Shown here piece after piece: positions 11,921-25,855 of a stretch of 64,000 bases of DNA. The DNA is taken from the NCBI RefSeq assembly GCF_001194135.2, contig NC_069004.1, positions 2,809,788-2,873,787 on the forward strand. The letters run 5' to 3'. The position numbers and the translations under genes are program-made. The notes under the pieces are model-generated. The model had not been told where the DNA came from. It did not search any database and was given only the letters and a program-made list of their open reading frames with translations. The DNA comes from Octopus bimaculoides. Taxonomy: Eukaryota. Every line of letters starts with the position of its first letter. Positions within the stretch are counted from its first letter, which is position 1.

Positions 11921-14900
11921 NNNNNNNNNNNNNNNNNNNNNNNNNNNNNNNNNNNNNNNNNNNNNNNNNNNNNNNNNNNNNNNNNNNNNNNNNNNNNNNN
12001 NNNNNNNNNNNNNNNNNNNNNNNNNNNNNNNNNNNNNNNNNNNNNNNNNNNNNNNNNNNNNNNNNNNNNNNNNNNNNNNNNNNNNNNNNNNNNNNNNNNN
12101 NNNNNNNNNNNNNNNNNNNNNNNNNNNNNNNNNNNNNNNNNNNNNNNNNNNNNNNNNNNNNNNNNNNNNNNNNNNNNNNNNNNNNNNNNNNNNNNNNNNN
12201 NNNNNNNNNNNNNNNNNNNNNNNNNNNNNNNNNNNNNNNNNNNNNNNNNNNNNNNNNNNNNNNNNNNNNNNNNNNNNNNNNNNNNNNNNNNNNNNNNNNN
12301 NNNNNNNNNNNNNNNNNNNNNNNNNNNNNNNNNNNNNNNNNNNNNNNNNNNNNNNNNNNNNNNNNNNNNNNNNNNNNNNNNNNNNNNNNNNNNNNNNNNN
12401 NNNNNNNNNNNNNNNNNNNNNNNNNNNNNNNNNTTGTGTTTCGTTAAAGTTCAAATCCCGCGCCGAGGTTGAATTAGCCTTTTGCCCCCACCCGGTCGAT
12501 TGACTTTGGAAAACTTGGGCCTTCCTTCATCGCTATAAAGTGTAATAATAATAATGATTTCTTTATTAACCACTAAGTTCACAAGCAGATCGAGGATGGT
12601 ACAGGACGATACAATATACTGTGAGATTATTTAAAAGTGTGTTTAAAAAAAAAAGAAGTAAAATAACGGAAACAAAGAAAGACAACAACTGAAGAAAATA
12701 CCCTTTTTTCTTATTTGCCACCCGACGGACAATACAAAGGCATATAAAGTGGGGTGGAATGATAGAAAAAAACGTATACAGAACTAGCGAAAAGTAATGG
12801 TTTATTTTGACCTCAGATCTTTTCAGTATGAGGGAGTCTGTCTTAAAAGCTGTCCCTGACGGGTGAAATAAAATGCTTAGTGTGTAAATGTGAGGGTGGA
12901 CGGTGTAAAATTAGTCTTTTATTAGCCTCTGTAGACATAAACTGCATGGCCTTTACCAACCAATAAATATGAGAAACCATTCATGAGGATATATCGCATC
13001 ACCGAAGACTCTGGATTGGCTCATATTCAATGTTTCCAGCAATGAACAAACAATGCATGTCGCTAGCACTAGTCTAATCACAGAGAACCTAACAAAAACC
13101 AAAAGTTAGTTCAATAATTAACTGGAAAACAGCGATGACGACATTGCGAATGAAAAAAAAGGAAGTGTTGTTGTTTTTTTTAACCCCAGGTCATTTCGGA
13201 TCGAGTTGACTTAAGATCGAAGGTAGTCCAGCCTTCACCGTTCCCGTCTTTGAGCTGTTACCTAGGATTTCATCATCTTATCTTTCCGTTATTTAAAATC
13301 TAGTTTGTGTGAGATTTGGCTGCTATATCTAGCATATCCAGCAACCACCATAGAAGCTTCCTCGTTAGTGTCACCTACTACTTGTCTTTTAATACGTATT
13401 TATTATAAGTGGAATTGAATTTCTAAGAGACGCAGCAGCGTGCGCGGCTCTACGTCTGTTTGTGTATATGTAGGTGTATCTATGAGCGTGTATTATGTGC
13501 CAGAAAGAATACGTATGTATCTGAAAGAGAGAGAGGGGGTTGTTTGTTTCGTAAGCAAGTGATTGATGTATATATACACACGTTCCCGCCATTACTGACA
13601 TTAAAACCACCGCCACCGTTAGATTTTGTTAACTGAACGTCGCATGTATACACTGTCTGTATTTTATTCACACATTCATTTATTCGAATATAGAGTGATA
13701 CATTCACTTGATACATACCTATTGGTGCCTGTTACTATAATACGTATGTGTATGTGTGTGTATATATATATATATAAACATATATGCGCATATTTTTTCT
13801 GGGGTATATGTTTGTATGGAAGATGAAATTGAAGTTGTAATTGATATTCTATATTTTCAAGGGCATCAAAAAAACTGTGTCGTTTATGTATGTATGTGTG
13901 AGTGTATACTTTTGGGGAATTGTGATTTTCGAAGCATTCATATAGCTATAACTTAATAACCTGTAAATATCTAGTTCGAATTTCGCTATTCAAAATCGTT
14001 TTTAAACCCAATATTTATTTATTTATTACTTTGTCTGCTTCGAGAATTACGATATCAAAAAAAAAAAAAAAAAAAATATTTCGCGTTCTCTCGAAAGTCT
14101 ATACAATTGTTATGGTGTTGTATATAAATTAGTTTTATACTTTCTATCAAGGTTACGTGTGTATAATTTATAAATTATACACACGTATAGTGGCCTTAAT
14201 AGAAAGTATAACACTAATTAACCAAGGATACGCAAGTACTGAAAAGGTAAACAATGAACTGTGTATGCGCGCGCACGCACGCACTTATACATGCACGCGT
14301 GCCTACACGTGTCTTTCTATTTACAAACGGAAAAAAAGCGATTCTTAATAAGCGTAGCTTGCAGTTTATTCATTTATTTAAATTTGAAGCTTCCTTCTGT
14401 TTTTAATCCCCCAATTTCTATTGTTTTTTTTTTCTTTCCAAGTCATTCATGCTCTACCCGAGCAGATTTATTATCAAAGCTGTTCTGCCACTCATGACTA
14501 CCCTGTCTTGGTCTAGGGGTATCCTTTTATTCTTTCCTAAGGCAGTAGAGTATAGCCTACTGTTTCTAGCAGGTCAAATAAACTACGTTGCGGTCTTGGA
14601 TCGTCTCGTTTTCAATCACAACATTCTGTAGATGTAAAAGTTTCGATTACTGATGTGAAAAATAAAGAGTTTCTACGTGGTCGTTCGATTAACTAAAAAT
14701 AGCAGCTAAATCGCATTGAAGTCATTCATACTTTTTTTTTTTAGGCAAAGTATTTGTGTCATATTGGTTCATTAGTTTATCATTTAACAAAGGTTAGAAC
14801 ACCGGACAAAATGCCTACGGCATTTCATCCGTCTTTTTACGTTCTGAGTTCAAATTCCGCTGTGATCGACTTTGCTTTTCATCCCTTCAGATAAATGTAC

Positions 14901-15864
14901 AAGTGAAGCATTGGAATCAGTGTAATAGACTGGTTTCCTCTTGCAAATTTTGTAGAAAATTATTGACAAAAACAGAAGACGGGGTTGTCACAATTGGGAT
15001 GTCGTGTCTTCTCAAATAGGGTTGACTTGTGCTAATCAACTAAACAAATAAATAGATAAATAAAAAAAAAATATTGTAAAATAAAATAGCTTAGCATTGC
15101 AGGACAATTTGATGAGAATAGCCTCCCCTTCGTAGCGGGAACTACGAACTAATTACTGTAACACCAATGCACCTTGTGTTTGAGATTCTCCGAATTAAAA
15201 CAGAGAATATGTGTGTGTGTGTATACATATATACACACACGCAATGGTTAGGGTGTTGCACTTACGATTGCTAGATCGTGGTTTCAATTCCTAGACCGGG
15301 TGGTACGTTGTGTTCTTGAGCAAAACAGTTCGTCTCGCGTTACTTTGCGAACACTTCGACGACACCTGACGTGTTGCACACCATACACCTGTTCGAGCAA
15401 CGTCGATTTGATGTAGGCGAGTGAGTTTAATGTGCGGCGTATACATTTGATCCCTATAAACAATTCATTTGTGCTGGTCGTTCGGCAAAAAAAGCTGAAC
15501 ACTCATACGTCATATTGGACGGGAGAATCCATCATATATGTATGATGATTGTGCTAGGACACCGGACATGTTAAAAAATACTGTCTGGTATGCTCTCATC
15601 ACATGAAACTATTAGTAGCGCATAAAAACATATATTGTGTTTATCAAATATTTCTCTCTCACCAGATGTAGTACTTTTTTTGTTAATCTTACCATCACGG
15701 AAAGTACATTTATATATAGTTATTATGGTATATTCTGTAAAGAGTACATTATAAAGCTCGTACACCTTCAGATTTCACCTCGTGCTGTCCAGTCGTAATA
15801 TTATACCTACATCCAGGTTTGCGCTTGGGCATCTGTCGTGTGTGAATAGATAATTGTACATGGG

Positions 15865-15906
<42 letters not shown>

Positions 15907-16850
15907 NNNNNNNNNNTATATATGTATATATATATATAATATAGATAGGACACTTTTGCATAATATAGCAACTATCTAAGTCCAAAACGTTGCTTTTTCA
16001 TAGCAAAACCGTTGTACTATACTTTGACAATTTTTGATACCTTGGCATCTGAAGCAGCTGGAGATACGATAGTTTGACCAAGCAACAAAAACTCATTTGA
16101 ACATACGACAGTTTAACATAATAGCAACGATATATACACATACTCTATCTTGTCTCTCTTTCTCGCTTGTTTAAGCACCAGGTCACTCTAATCGAGCGCA
16201 TCTATGGTGGTCATTCCGTCCGTGATCGATCGGGTTTTTTTTTTTTTGTATTCTCTATGGCAACGTTATTCAATATATCCCTCCTTGTTTAATTAAAACG
16301 GTTGAATGTGATTTGCGGTAGATCTGACTGTTATTTTTAGGTTGTCGAGCAACCGTAAGGGAACATGTTTTTGGTTTTTACTGGTGTTTAGCTATACGTC
16401 AGTCCTGGTTACGTGAAACAACGATTAAAAAACAAAAACAACAAACAAGTCGTGGTGATACCCATCTTTTTAGGCGTGCTTTTATTTGAACGTTTTAAAA
16501 AGCTGGCTGGATGAAATGCTAGAGATTTAACTACTATTTCTAGCGGCCACATAATGTACTTCTTCGGATACCCTTCTAAATTTGGCGTATGTCCCTTTTC
16601 ATCGATATTAACTTTTTTTTTGTCTTTACTATGACAAATTAACTGTAGTTGTTGTTTCGCCCTCGTACGGTAAAAAAAAGAAGAAAGAAACCGTTCCAAC
16701 CGTGACCACTCCGTGTTTTTTATTCATTTCTTTGAAGCAAGAGCTACGCAATTCTTTTTTTTTATTGTGGAGTGTGATTTGATGGAGATTTAGTTGCTAC
16801 TTCTAGCAGACCTGTGTGTGTGTTCTGTTTTCATCAATTGTTTCTGCAGC

Positions 16851-16856
16851 ATGTCT
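16851..16856 (+). CDS. PHF20: PHF20-like start micro-exon (Met-Ser)
   Basis: tttctgcag|C ATG TCT|gtaagt; phase 0 into GCT GAT at 16933. Confidence 0.6.
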
Positions 16857-17289
16857 GTAAGTCTTCAGATTTTTCTAACAAATGAAGAATCCACTCTTTT
16901 ACCAATATATCTCTCTGAATTCCTTCTTTCAGGCTGATGATGATGACGACGGAGGAGGAGGCGGAAGTGAAGAAGAAGGAAGCAGAAATGGGAATGCTGC
17001 TGCTGTTGCCCCTACCAATGGCACCGGCGAGGACAAAGATGAAGAAAATGGAGGCCGTATTACCAGGCAATCCCTCTCCAAGACCATTTCCAATGACGGT
17101 GCCAAGGACAAGAATGTGCCAGTGAAGAAAAAGAAACTAAGCACTAGTTCTTCTGAGAGTGGTTATTCTGTGGCTACCAGTCGATCTCGAAGACTGCCGT
17201 GTCGTCCTGGTATTGTCTGGAGAATTGGTGAAAGGTTGGAAGCCATGGATTTTATCCATAAATGGTAAGAATCTTCTACATTTGCAAAT

Positions 17290-17363
<74 letters not shown>

Positions 17364-20300
17364 TCACAATCATAGAGAAGCACGTTTAAATGTGTGTGTG
17401 TGTATGTATGTATATACACATACACATGTGTATGCGTACATATTTCTATAAGTATTTGTACACACATTTTTATAGTATGTTGTCAACTTAATGTGACAGT
17501 CCCATGAAAGGGAAGAATGCTACTGTTATTTAGTCTGAGGAATGTATTTCACCCTGGATAAAGCAGTTGGAGTTTCTCATCCCACTGAGCATCACTTTGT
17601 GTTGTCTTTACTAGGATTACTCTGTGTGTGTGTGTGTGTGTACATGTATTTGAAGGATTGGAGCAGGTAAAAATCTAGGCTGCATACGTTTCCTAACTCA
17701 CAATCCTCAGAAGTAATAATTATTCAACAAGGGGTACTCTGCTACACACACACACACACACACACACTATATTGTACACATGCTGTGTCTGCACGCACTC
17801 TCACTCACACAATTATAACAGATACACCATCTCTATTATATACATACACACACACACACCATACATACATGCTCTCCATCATATGCACATACACAGTCTG
17901 TGCATACACTTGGCGTCATATGCACACAAACACTTCCTCATACATATGCACACACTCCCACATGCATGGACATGCTCGCGTACACACTCCATGCAGACAT
18001 GCACTCCCCTGCATGTGCGCACAGGAAAACTCCATGCACACACTCCATCATGCATGTGCACACTCTGCACGGACGTACACACATACTCCATCACACACAC
18101 ACACACACTCCATTATGCATGCACACACTCTATTGTACACACCCACAGTCATACACATGCACTCCATNNNNNNNNNNACACACTCTATTGTACACACCCA
18201 CAGTCATACACATGCACTCCATCATGCACACACACACACACACACACACACACGCTCTTTCTCACTCAAACACATTACATATGCATCTTCTGTGTCATGC
18301 ACACACACACTCCCTCTTTCTCCCCCTCGCTCTCTCTCTCCCCTTTCTCTCTCTGGCTGACTCCATTAATCTGGTGTTTAGTATCCATTAACTAAACAGA
18401 TTCCAATATATTGATTATTAATAGACATTCAATAGGTGAAAACGAAGTCTTTTATCAGGTGTGCACGATGTTCTTTGATGTTGGTTCTTTTGTCTTCCGT
18501 TTTGTGTGTTTTACTTTATCCAGTGCCATTCACTGTGTTTAGCAAACTTCTACTGTAAAATCACTGCATTGTTTGGTGCAACTCTGGTGATTGTTGTCTT
18601 ATTAGTATCATGTAGCCCTAGGTCAAGAAGACCTGTAAAAAGCAAATCAGTTGAACAACCACAAAGCAAACACCTGTCCTCAAACCAGACTGGAGCTATT
18701 GTCTTGGAACTATATTAGAAATAGCAGCCAAATCCTTCGCAAATCATGTGTTGGCCAGTGTTAAAAATGAAAGTACACATTAGAAGGCGCTGGTGTGGCT
18801 GTGTGGTTTAAGAAGCTTGCTTCCCAACCATGTGGTCTTAGGTTCAGTTCTGCCTTTGTGACACTTTAAGGTTTATTAACCCCTTTAGCTTTTAAATTAT
18901 TCTGTCAAATGTAAAGGGTAAAGACCCCTTTCAGTTATGAATCACCATGGGATTGCACCTAGAAAGTTACTCTCCAAGGTGCAAGTCCAGGAAAAGCTGT
19001 TTGTGGAAGACCAGCTGTCAGCCATGCATTCCAGCCTCCACTCTCCACGCCACCAATGTTATCGATCTCTTTTGTCGAAGTTACGGGGACGTAAACACAC
19101 CACCGGTTGTCAAGTGATGGTGGGGGGGACACAGACATACAAACATGTACATATATACACACACATAGATATATACACACGGCAGGCTTCTTTCAGTTTC
19201 CGTCTACCAAATCCACTCACAAGGCTTTGTTCGACCTGAGGCTATAGCAGCAGACACTTGCCCAAGGTGCCATACCGTGGGACTGAACCGTGAGCCATGT
19301 GGTTGGAAAGCAAGCTACTTACCTGTGCCTATTGTATTGTTCATTATTTTTTTTTTCCTTCCTTAATTGATATTGTCTGTTTTTTTTTGTCACCATTCCA
19401 CAGGTACCCTGCCAAAATTGTGAACATCCAAGAAGAAAAATTCTCAGTCTTGATCCACTTTGAAGGTTGGAATCACCGTTATGACGAATGGGTAGACATG
19501 AAGTGTGAACGCTTGCGACCGGCAAGCAGACGGTCGGAACGGAAAGAAAAACGAAGGCAGATGACTGTAAGCTCTTCCCTTCCTTCCTTCCTTCCTTCTC
19601 TCTCCTCTTCCCACTCCCCTCCCCTCACTTTTCATCACTATGTGATAAAAAAAGGCCTGTTACTTTTTATCATGACCCCTATTAAGGTGCTAATTGATTT
19701 ATCCCAACCCTAATTTTGTGCCAAAATTATTGGCAGTGAGCTGGCAGAATTGTTAAGCATGCCAGGCAAAATGCTTAGTGGGGAGTTCAAATTCTGCCGA
19801 GGTCGACTTTGCCTTTCATCCTTTCGGGGTTGATTAATTAAGTACCAGTGAAACACTGGGGGTCGATGTAATCGACTAGCTCCCTTCCTTCCAAATTTCA
19901 GGCCTTGTGCCTATAATAGAAAGAATTATTATTATTATTATTATTATTAATATTGCAAAGGAGGCAAACTGGCAGATTCGTTAGCACGCTGGGAAAAATG
20001 CTTAATGGCATTTTTATCCATCTTTCCATTCTGAGGTCAACTTTGCCTTTCATCTTTTTGGGGTTGATAAAATACATACCAGTTGACTGCTGGNNNNNNN
20101 NNNNNNNNNNNNNNNNNNNNNNNNNNNNNNNNNNNNNNNNNNNNNNNNNNNNNNNNNNNNNNNNNNNNNNNNNNNNNNNNNNNNNNNNNNNNNNNNNNNN
20201 NNNNNNNNNNNNNNNNNNNNNNNNNNNNNNNNNNNNNNNNNNNNNNNNNNNNNNNNNNNNNNNNNNNNNNNNNNNNNNNNNNNNNNNNNNNNNNNNNNNN

Positions 20301-23300
20301 NNNNNNNNNNNNNNNNNNNNNNNNNNNNNNNNNNNNNNNNNNNNNNNNNNNNNNNNNNNNNNNNNNNNNNNNNNNNNNNNNNNNNNNNNNNNNNNNNNNN
20401 NNNNNNNNNNNNNNNNNNNNNNNNNNNNNNNNNNNNNNNNNNNNNNNNNNNNNNNNNNNNNNNNNNNNNNNNNNNNNNNNNNNNNNNNNNNNNNNNNNNN
20501 NNNNNNNNNNNNNNNNNNNNNNNNNNNNNNNNNNNNNNNNNNNNNNNNNNNNNNNNNNNNNNNNNNNNNNNNNNNNNNNNNNNNNNNNNNNNNNNNNNNN
20601 NNNNNNNNNNNNNNNNNNNNNNNNNNNNNNNNNNNNNNNNNNNNNNNNNNNNNNNNNNNNNNNNNNNNNNNNNNNNNNNNNNNNNNNNNNNNNNNNNNNN
20701 NNNNNNNNNNNNNNNNNNNNNNNNNNNNNNNNNNNNNNNNNNNNNNNNNNNNNNNNNNNNNNNNNNNNNNNNNNNNNNNNNNNNNNNNNNNNNNNNNNNN
20801 NNNNNNNNNNNNNNNNNNNNNNNNNNNNNNNNNNNNNNNNNNNNNNNNNNNNATATGGGAGAATGTACGAAAAAAAACAACAACAGACGAGGACAGGTGG
20901 TGTAAACAACAAAAGGATGCCAGTGTTGCCCGACCGGCTCCTGTGCTGGTGGCACGTAAAAAGCACCCACTACACTCTCGGAATGGTTAGCGTTAGGAAA
21001 GGTATCCAGCTGTAGAAACCTTGGCAGATCAGATAGGAGCGTGGTGCAGCCTCCTGGTTTGCCAGTCCTCAGTCAAACTGTCTGGTTACAAGTTATGCTG
21101 TAATGATATAGGTATATAGATAAGCATCTGTCTCAAGAGACCATAGGTCTGTGCCTGGAGAATTTTTGTCAGCTGTTGATGGTGGTGCAGCACCTGCTGT
21201 GGCTGTCCAGGCCCATAATTTAATAATTAGATGATATATTTGAAAATATATACCAAATGTATACTTCTTAAAACCTGATTTCTTTATATAATGTTTGTTT
21301 TTTTTTTTTCAGTTGGTTACGAGGTTCTTTTTTATGACGGCTTCAAAAAACTGGTCCAGCCTTCCAATGTTCAAACGTTACCCCCAGATGTCAAGGTTGG
21401 TAGTTATATCTGTTTTTCTCTCTTCAGGTGCAGGCATGGCTATGAAGAAATTATTTTACTAAATTTATCAATTTTCAAAATTAACAGAGATAAAGAGATT
21501 GTAATCCAACAGAGATATGGTGATGAAGATTAATATATATATATATAAAGCATATCAGCAGTCCAACCCATGCCAGCATGGAAAACCTGTTAAATGATGA
21601 AGATAAATATTACCGGGAGAAATATAATTAAATAGCCCTTAGGAGCTAAGAAAATGTAGAAATTTATACAGGTGTATGCATGGCTGTATGGTAAGAAGCT
21701 TGCTTCCCAATCTCATGGTTCCTGGTTCAGTTCCACTATGTCACACATTGGGAAAGTGTCTTTTTGGGCCAACCAAATCCTTGTGAGTGGATTTTGTAGA
21801 TGAAAGCTGATAGAAACCCTGTGTGTGTGTGTGTGTGTGCACGTGTATATGTATATATAAAAAATATAGAGTAGTGGTACAACAAGGCACCAATGTTTAC
21901 TGGAAGTAGCAGTTAATAAATTTGATGCTATAGTAAAGTTTTACCGTGTGTGTGTGTATGTATATATATATTTATGAGTATTTGTTTGCCCACCACCACC
22001 TGACAACCGGTGTTGGTGTGTTTGCATTCCTGCAGCTCAGTGGTTCACCAGATGAGATAGTATAAGTACTTGGCTTAAAACAATAAGTCCTGGGTTCAAT
22101 TTGTGCAACTAAAACTTTTCAAGGTGGTGCCCCAGCTTGGCCGTAGGCAATTGACTGAAACAAGTAAAAGAATAAAAGAATTATAAAGTTAATTGTTAAG
22201 GGCTGTTGCCCTTCAGGTAAGATTTTCGACAGGTGAGGTGTTATACCTTGTAATTTTGATGAATATTATTAAGGCATAGACAAGGTAGGCTTACAAGGTA
22301 AGAATGTGAGATTTGTTGTACAGGTAAGAATGTGAGATTTGTTGTACAGGTAAGACTATTTCTCATTTTTGCATTTGAAGTTTTTAAAGTTTTATTTATT
22401 CATAATTGATTTGATGTGGAGGAAGGGATTCTACTTGTGGCCTTCATAGGCCCTCCGGGACTGGTGAGATTGCTGATTATGTTTCACCTGAATTGTTAAG
22501 TCAACAGTTCCAGGGAAAACATGGGCAGGGAAATAATTCCAAAGGGAGCTGATGTTCTGGGAAGGAAAAAAAGTGGGAATAGTGGTAGGTGCATGGCTTG
22601 TGCTGGTGGTAATATTATGAGTGATATGAGGGGGGAAAAGAAAAAACCCTAAAAAAAAAAGTACAAGGGTCAAGCCAAAACAAAAAAAGCACAGTGGTCA
22701 ATTCACTCAACTAACATTCTTCAAGGTGGTAGGGTCTCCCGTGCTGGACAGAGGTCAGACAAGTATGGTTCACCTCATCATCCCAAAGGTAAAAATGGGT
22801 TTGTTTAGGGGCCAACTCTTCCACCTATAAAAAATAAAAATAAAAAAAAGGTCAAGTTACTGAAGCATTGATGACGATTTAAAACCAACAAAACTTGGAA
22901 GAGGAAGACCTTCCTCCAAATAAAACATCTCGAGACACACATGAGGGCACTCCCTGTATTAAGTGGCCCTGATAGTCCATAGTCCAGAACATTGGAGAAA
23001 AGCCATTGACGACCTAATTCCCCCTGGGGAGCAAAGAGTTTAACATCAAGTATTTGGGTTGATGTATTGACTTATCCCCTCCCACCTCCCAATACTTTCT
23101 GTCTTTATATGTATGTTAGATGTTATTTAAAACTTGTTCATTCTTGTTATGACCTCTTTGTTTGGGTACACAGTTTAAAAAGTACACAAATACGTATTAT
23201 GATCAATGCTTACTTAATAAAATGACTTATTTTCAATTTATATTATGCACTCCCAAATCTCTCTCTCTGTCTACACTCACACACACGTTTATCACAGCCT

Positions 23301-25097
23301 CTTTCTCTGTTAATTTCTTTTGTCTTCCATTGTATTGTATTTCTGTTATTCAAATCATTTTATATTATATGCCCATGGAAACAAAAGAATAATTAGTGAA
23401 AGAAAAATTAAAATAAAAACCATTAATGATGATGATATTACATTAGTATAAGGCCTTCATGTTTCAGCAAGCTCCATAACATTTGGTTAACCTTGGTATA
23501 TTACTGGTAATAAATTTTATCAACTCCTCTCTTACCTTTACTAGAACAATGGAAAATCCAAGGTGAATAGATTTTCAATTGGGGAGAACAGGGGCGTCTC
23601 TATCTTGAGTGGAGAGGTCCATGTGGCTTCAGCTTATCTCGGTTCCAATGGCGATGAAAGGCGAAGTCAACCGTGGCGGAATTTGAACTTGGAATGTAGT
23701 GGCAGATGAAATACCATTAAGCGTTTAGCCTGGCATGCTAACGATTCTGCCTGCTCGCCACCTTCAATAATGACACTGGTTTCAAATTTTGACACAAGGC
23801 CAGCAATTTTGGAGGAGGGGATAAGTCGATTACATCGACCCGCCCCCCCCAATATTCATCTGGTACTTATTTTATTGACCCCGAAGGGATAAAAGGTAAA
23901 GTTGATCTTGACAATTTGAACTCTGAACAAAGCAACAGCTGATATGCTTACTCATTGTGCTAACGAGTCTGTCAGCTCACCACCTTATCTACCCACGCGA
24001 TTTACTGGTATGAAGGAAAATTTGAAAAATACTTTTCAAGGGCGTGGCAAACAAGTTTAACTGGGACTCCAGAGTATATTTGCAAAAGCAGTAACTATAG
24101 CAACGTTTCTGACAAAGGTACAAACAGGATCTGGGAATTTAGTGTTGGGGGAATAATTGTTAATCTTTTACTTATTTCAGTCATTGGACTGTAGCCATGC
24201 TGGGGCACCACCTTGAAGGGATTTTATTTGAACAAATCAATGTCAGTAGTTTTTTTTTTTCTTTAAACTTTGGCATACATTCTCTTGGTTGCTTTTGGTG
24301 AACAGATTATGCCATGGGGACATAAACAAACCAACATCAGTTGTGAAGTAGAGTGGGCAGACCCAAACACAAATACAGCCCGTTTTGTGTATATGTGGGT
24401 GTATCCTTATCGTTTAGTGTCCATATTCCGTGCTGGTATATGGTTGGATGGTTTGACATGAACTGACAGTTCAGAGGATAGGTCGAGCTCCAATTACTGT
24501 TTTGGCCCAGTTTCTACGGTCGGACGATCTTGTTTAACACTAATCACCTCACACAGTGTACTGGTTGCTTTTCCATGTCATTGACACTTGTGAAGGCGCT
24601 GAGTACCTCGCAGGACAAGACGCCGTGATTGGTGGTGGTGCTGTATTGATGGAGGAGTTACATGACTATACCACGCTAGAAAAAGTACGGTGAAGTGTCA
24701 CGACACAACTTGAAGGCACATGAGGGTGAATGTGGGTGACAAAGGCACAGAGAAGAGCATAATGATGGGATCAGATAAGTAACGCGAAAATATAAGGTTA
24801 GTGACGGATAATTATATGTAGGGAATAGAGATATAGGGGAAAGGGCAAAATTATTGGTGAATATCTGTTTTTCTTTCCCCCTCCTCCTTCGCAACACTAC
24901 CGCTTGACAAACGACGTTGGTTTGTCTACATCCCTCCAGCGGTTTGGCAAAAGTGACCGATAGAATAAAATACTAGGCTTTTCGAAAAAAAAAAAACTGG
25001 CTGATTCGTTCGACTGCGGTGCCCCAGCATGGCCGTAGTCCAATTCCTGAAACTAGTGAATATAAAGATATAATTACTTCTCTCTCTCTCTCTCTGT

Positions 25098-25157
<60 letters not shown>

Positions 25158-25806
25158 TGTGTGTATGACGGATAAGCAGGATAAGAAGGGGGGATAACTC
25201 TCTTTGTTTGAGATAACTCCCTATTTCTGCTCATAATAGTGTCATAGCAACTACTGCCAGTAGGTGGCGCTAGCGATCTCCTTGTCTGGTCAAGAGGAGT
25301 TAAATGGTTCCCGTCTTTCTGAGCGTCATGCTGGATTGTTATGTGGCTGGCGATTTACCCTGGCCGCTGGTCTCCGTGTCGGCTGCCCGTCTTCGTTTGC
25401 CAGTGGTAGCAGCAGCATTATACTGCATTGTTTAGGTAGGTAACAAAAAATATAGCTACAAAAACGAACCGATCAAACGTATACAGGAATCGGAAAGGCC
25501 AAGCAAGAAAGCAAACGGGAGCAACAAAACCAATGACGAAAGACAGTTGACGACGGCCTTTCCTCTTTATTAATTTCAATTTCTTTCATTTATGTCTGTC
25601 TGCCTCGACTCATCGACGGCCACTGCTGGCAATACGACAGGACAAACAAAACAAAAAAAGCAAGGCAGGATAAAGAAAAGAGAATAAGTCGAGTCGATCT
25701 CGGCTTCCTTTACAAATAGGAAGCACTGCCGCCTCTTGTGAATCCGTCAAAGCCTCCAAGAAGTCTCCTACGAAATATATATACATACATACATATACAC
25801 ATACAT

Positions 25807-25855
<49 letters not shown>

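Noticed and set aside
12935-13110. About 58-codon frame with one internal TGA (selenoprotein-like)
   Set aside because: No recognisable selenoprotein motif or SECIS element seen; consistent with chance.
18122-18225. Exact duplication of about 43 bp on both sides of a 10-N gap
   Set aside because: Most likely overlapping contig ends (assembly artefact).
17772-18395. 191-207 aa His/Thr-rich ORFs (also 61515-62043)
   Set aside because: Translations of CA-rich cryptic microsatellite with no splice or domain support.
22430-22560. [12 protein letters not shown] resembling a kinase activation segment
   Set aside because: No other kinase motifs nearby and an in-frame stop follows.
22865-22925. [12 protein letters not shown]-hook-like peptide in a PHF20 intron
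   Set aside because: Bounded by stops, with no usable acceptor or donor; at best a decayed element.
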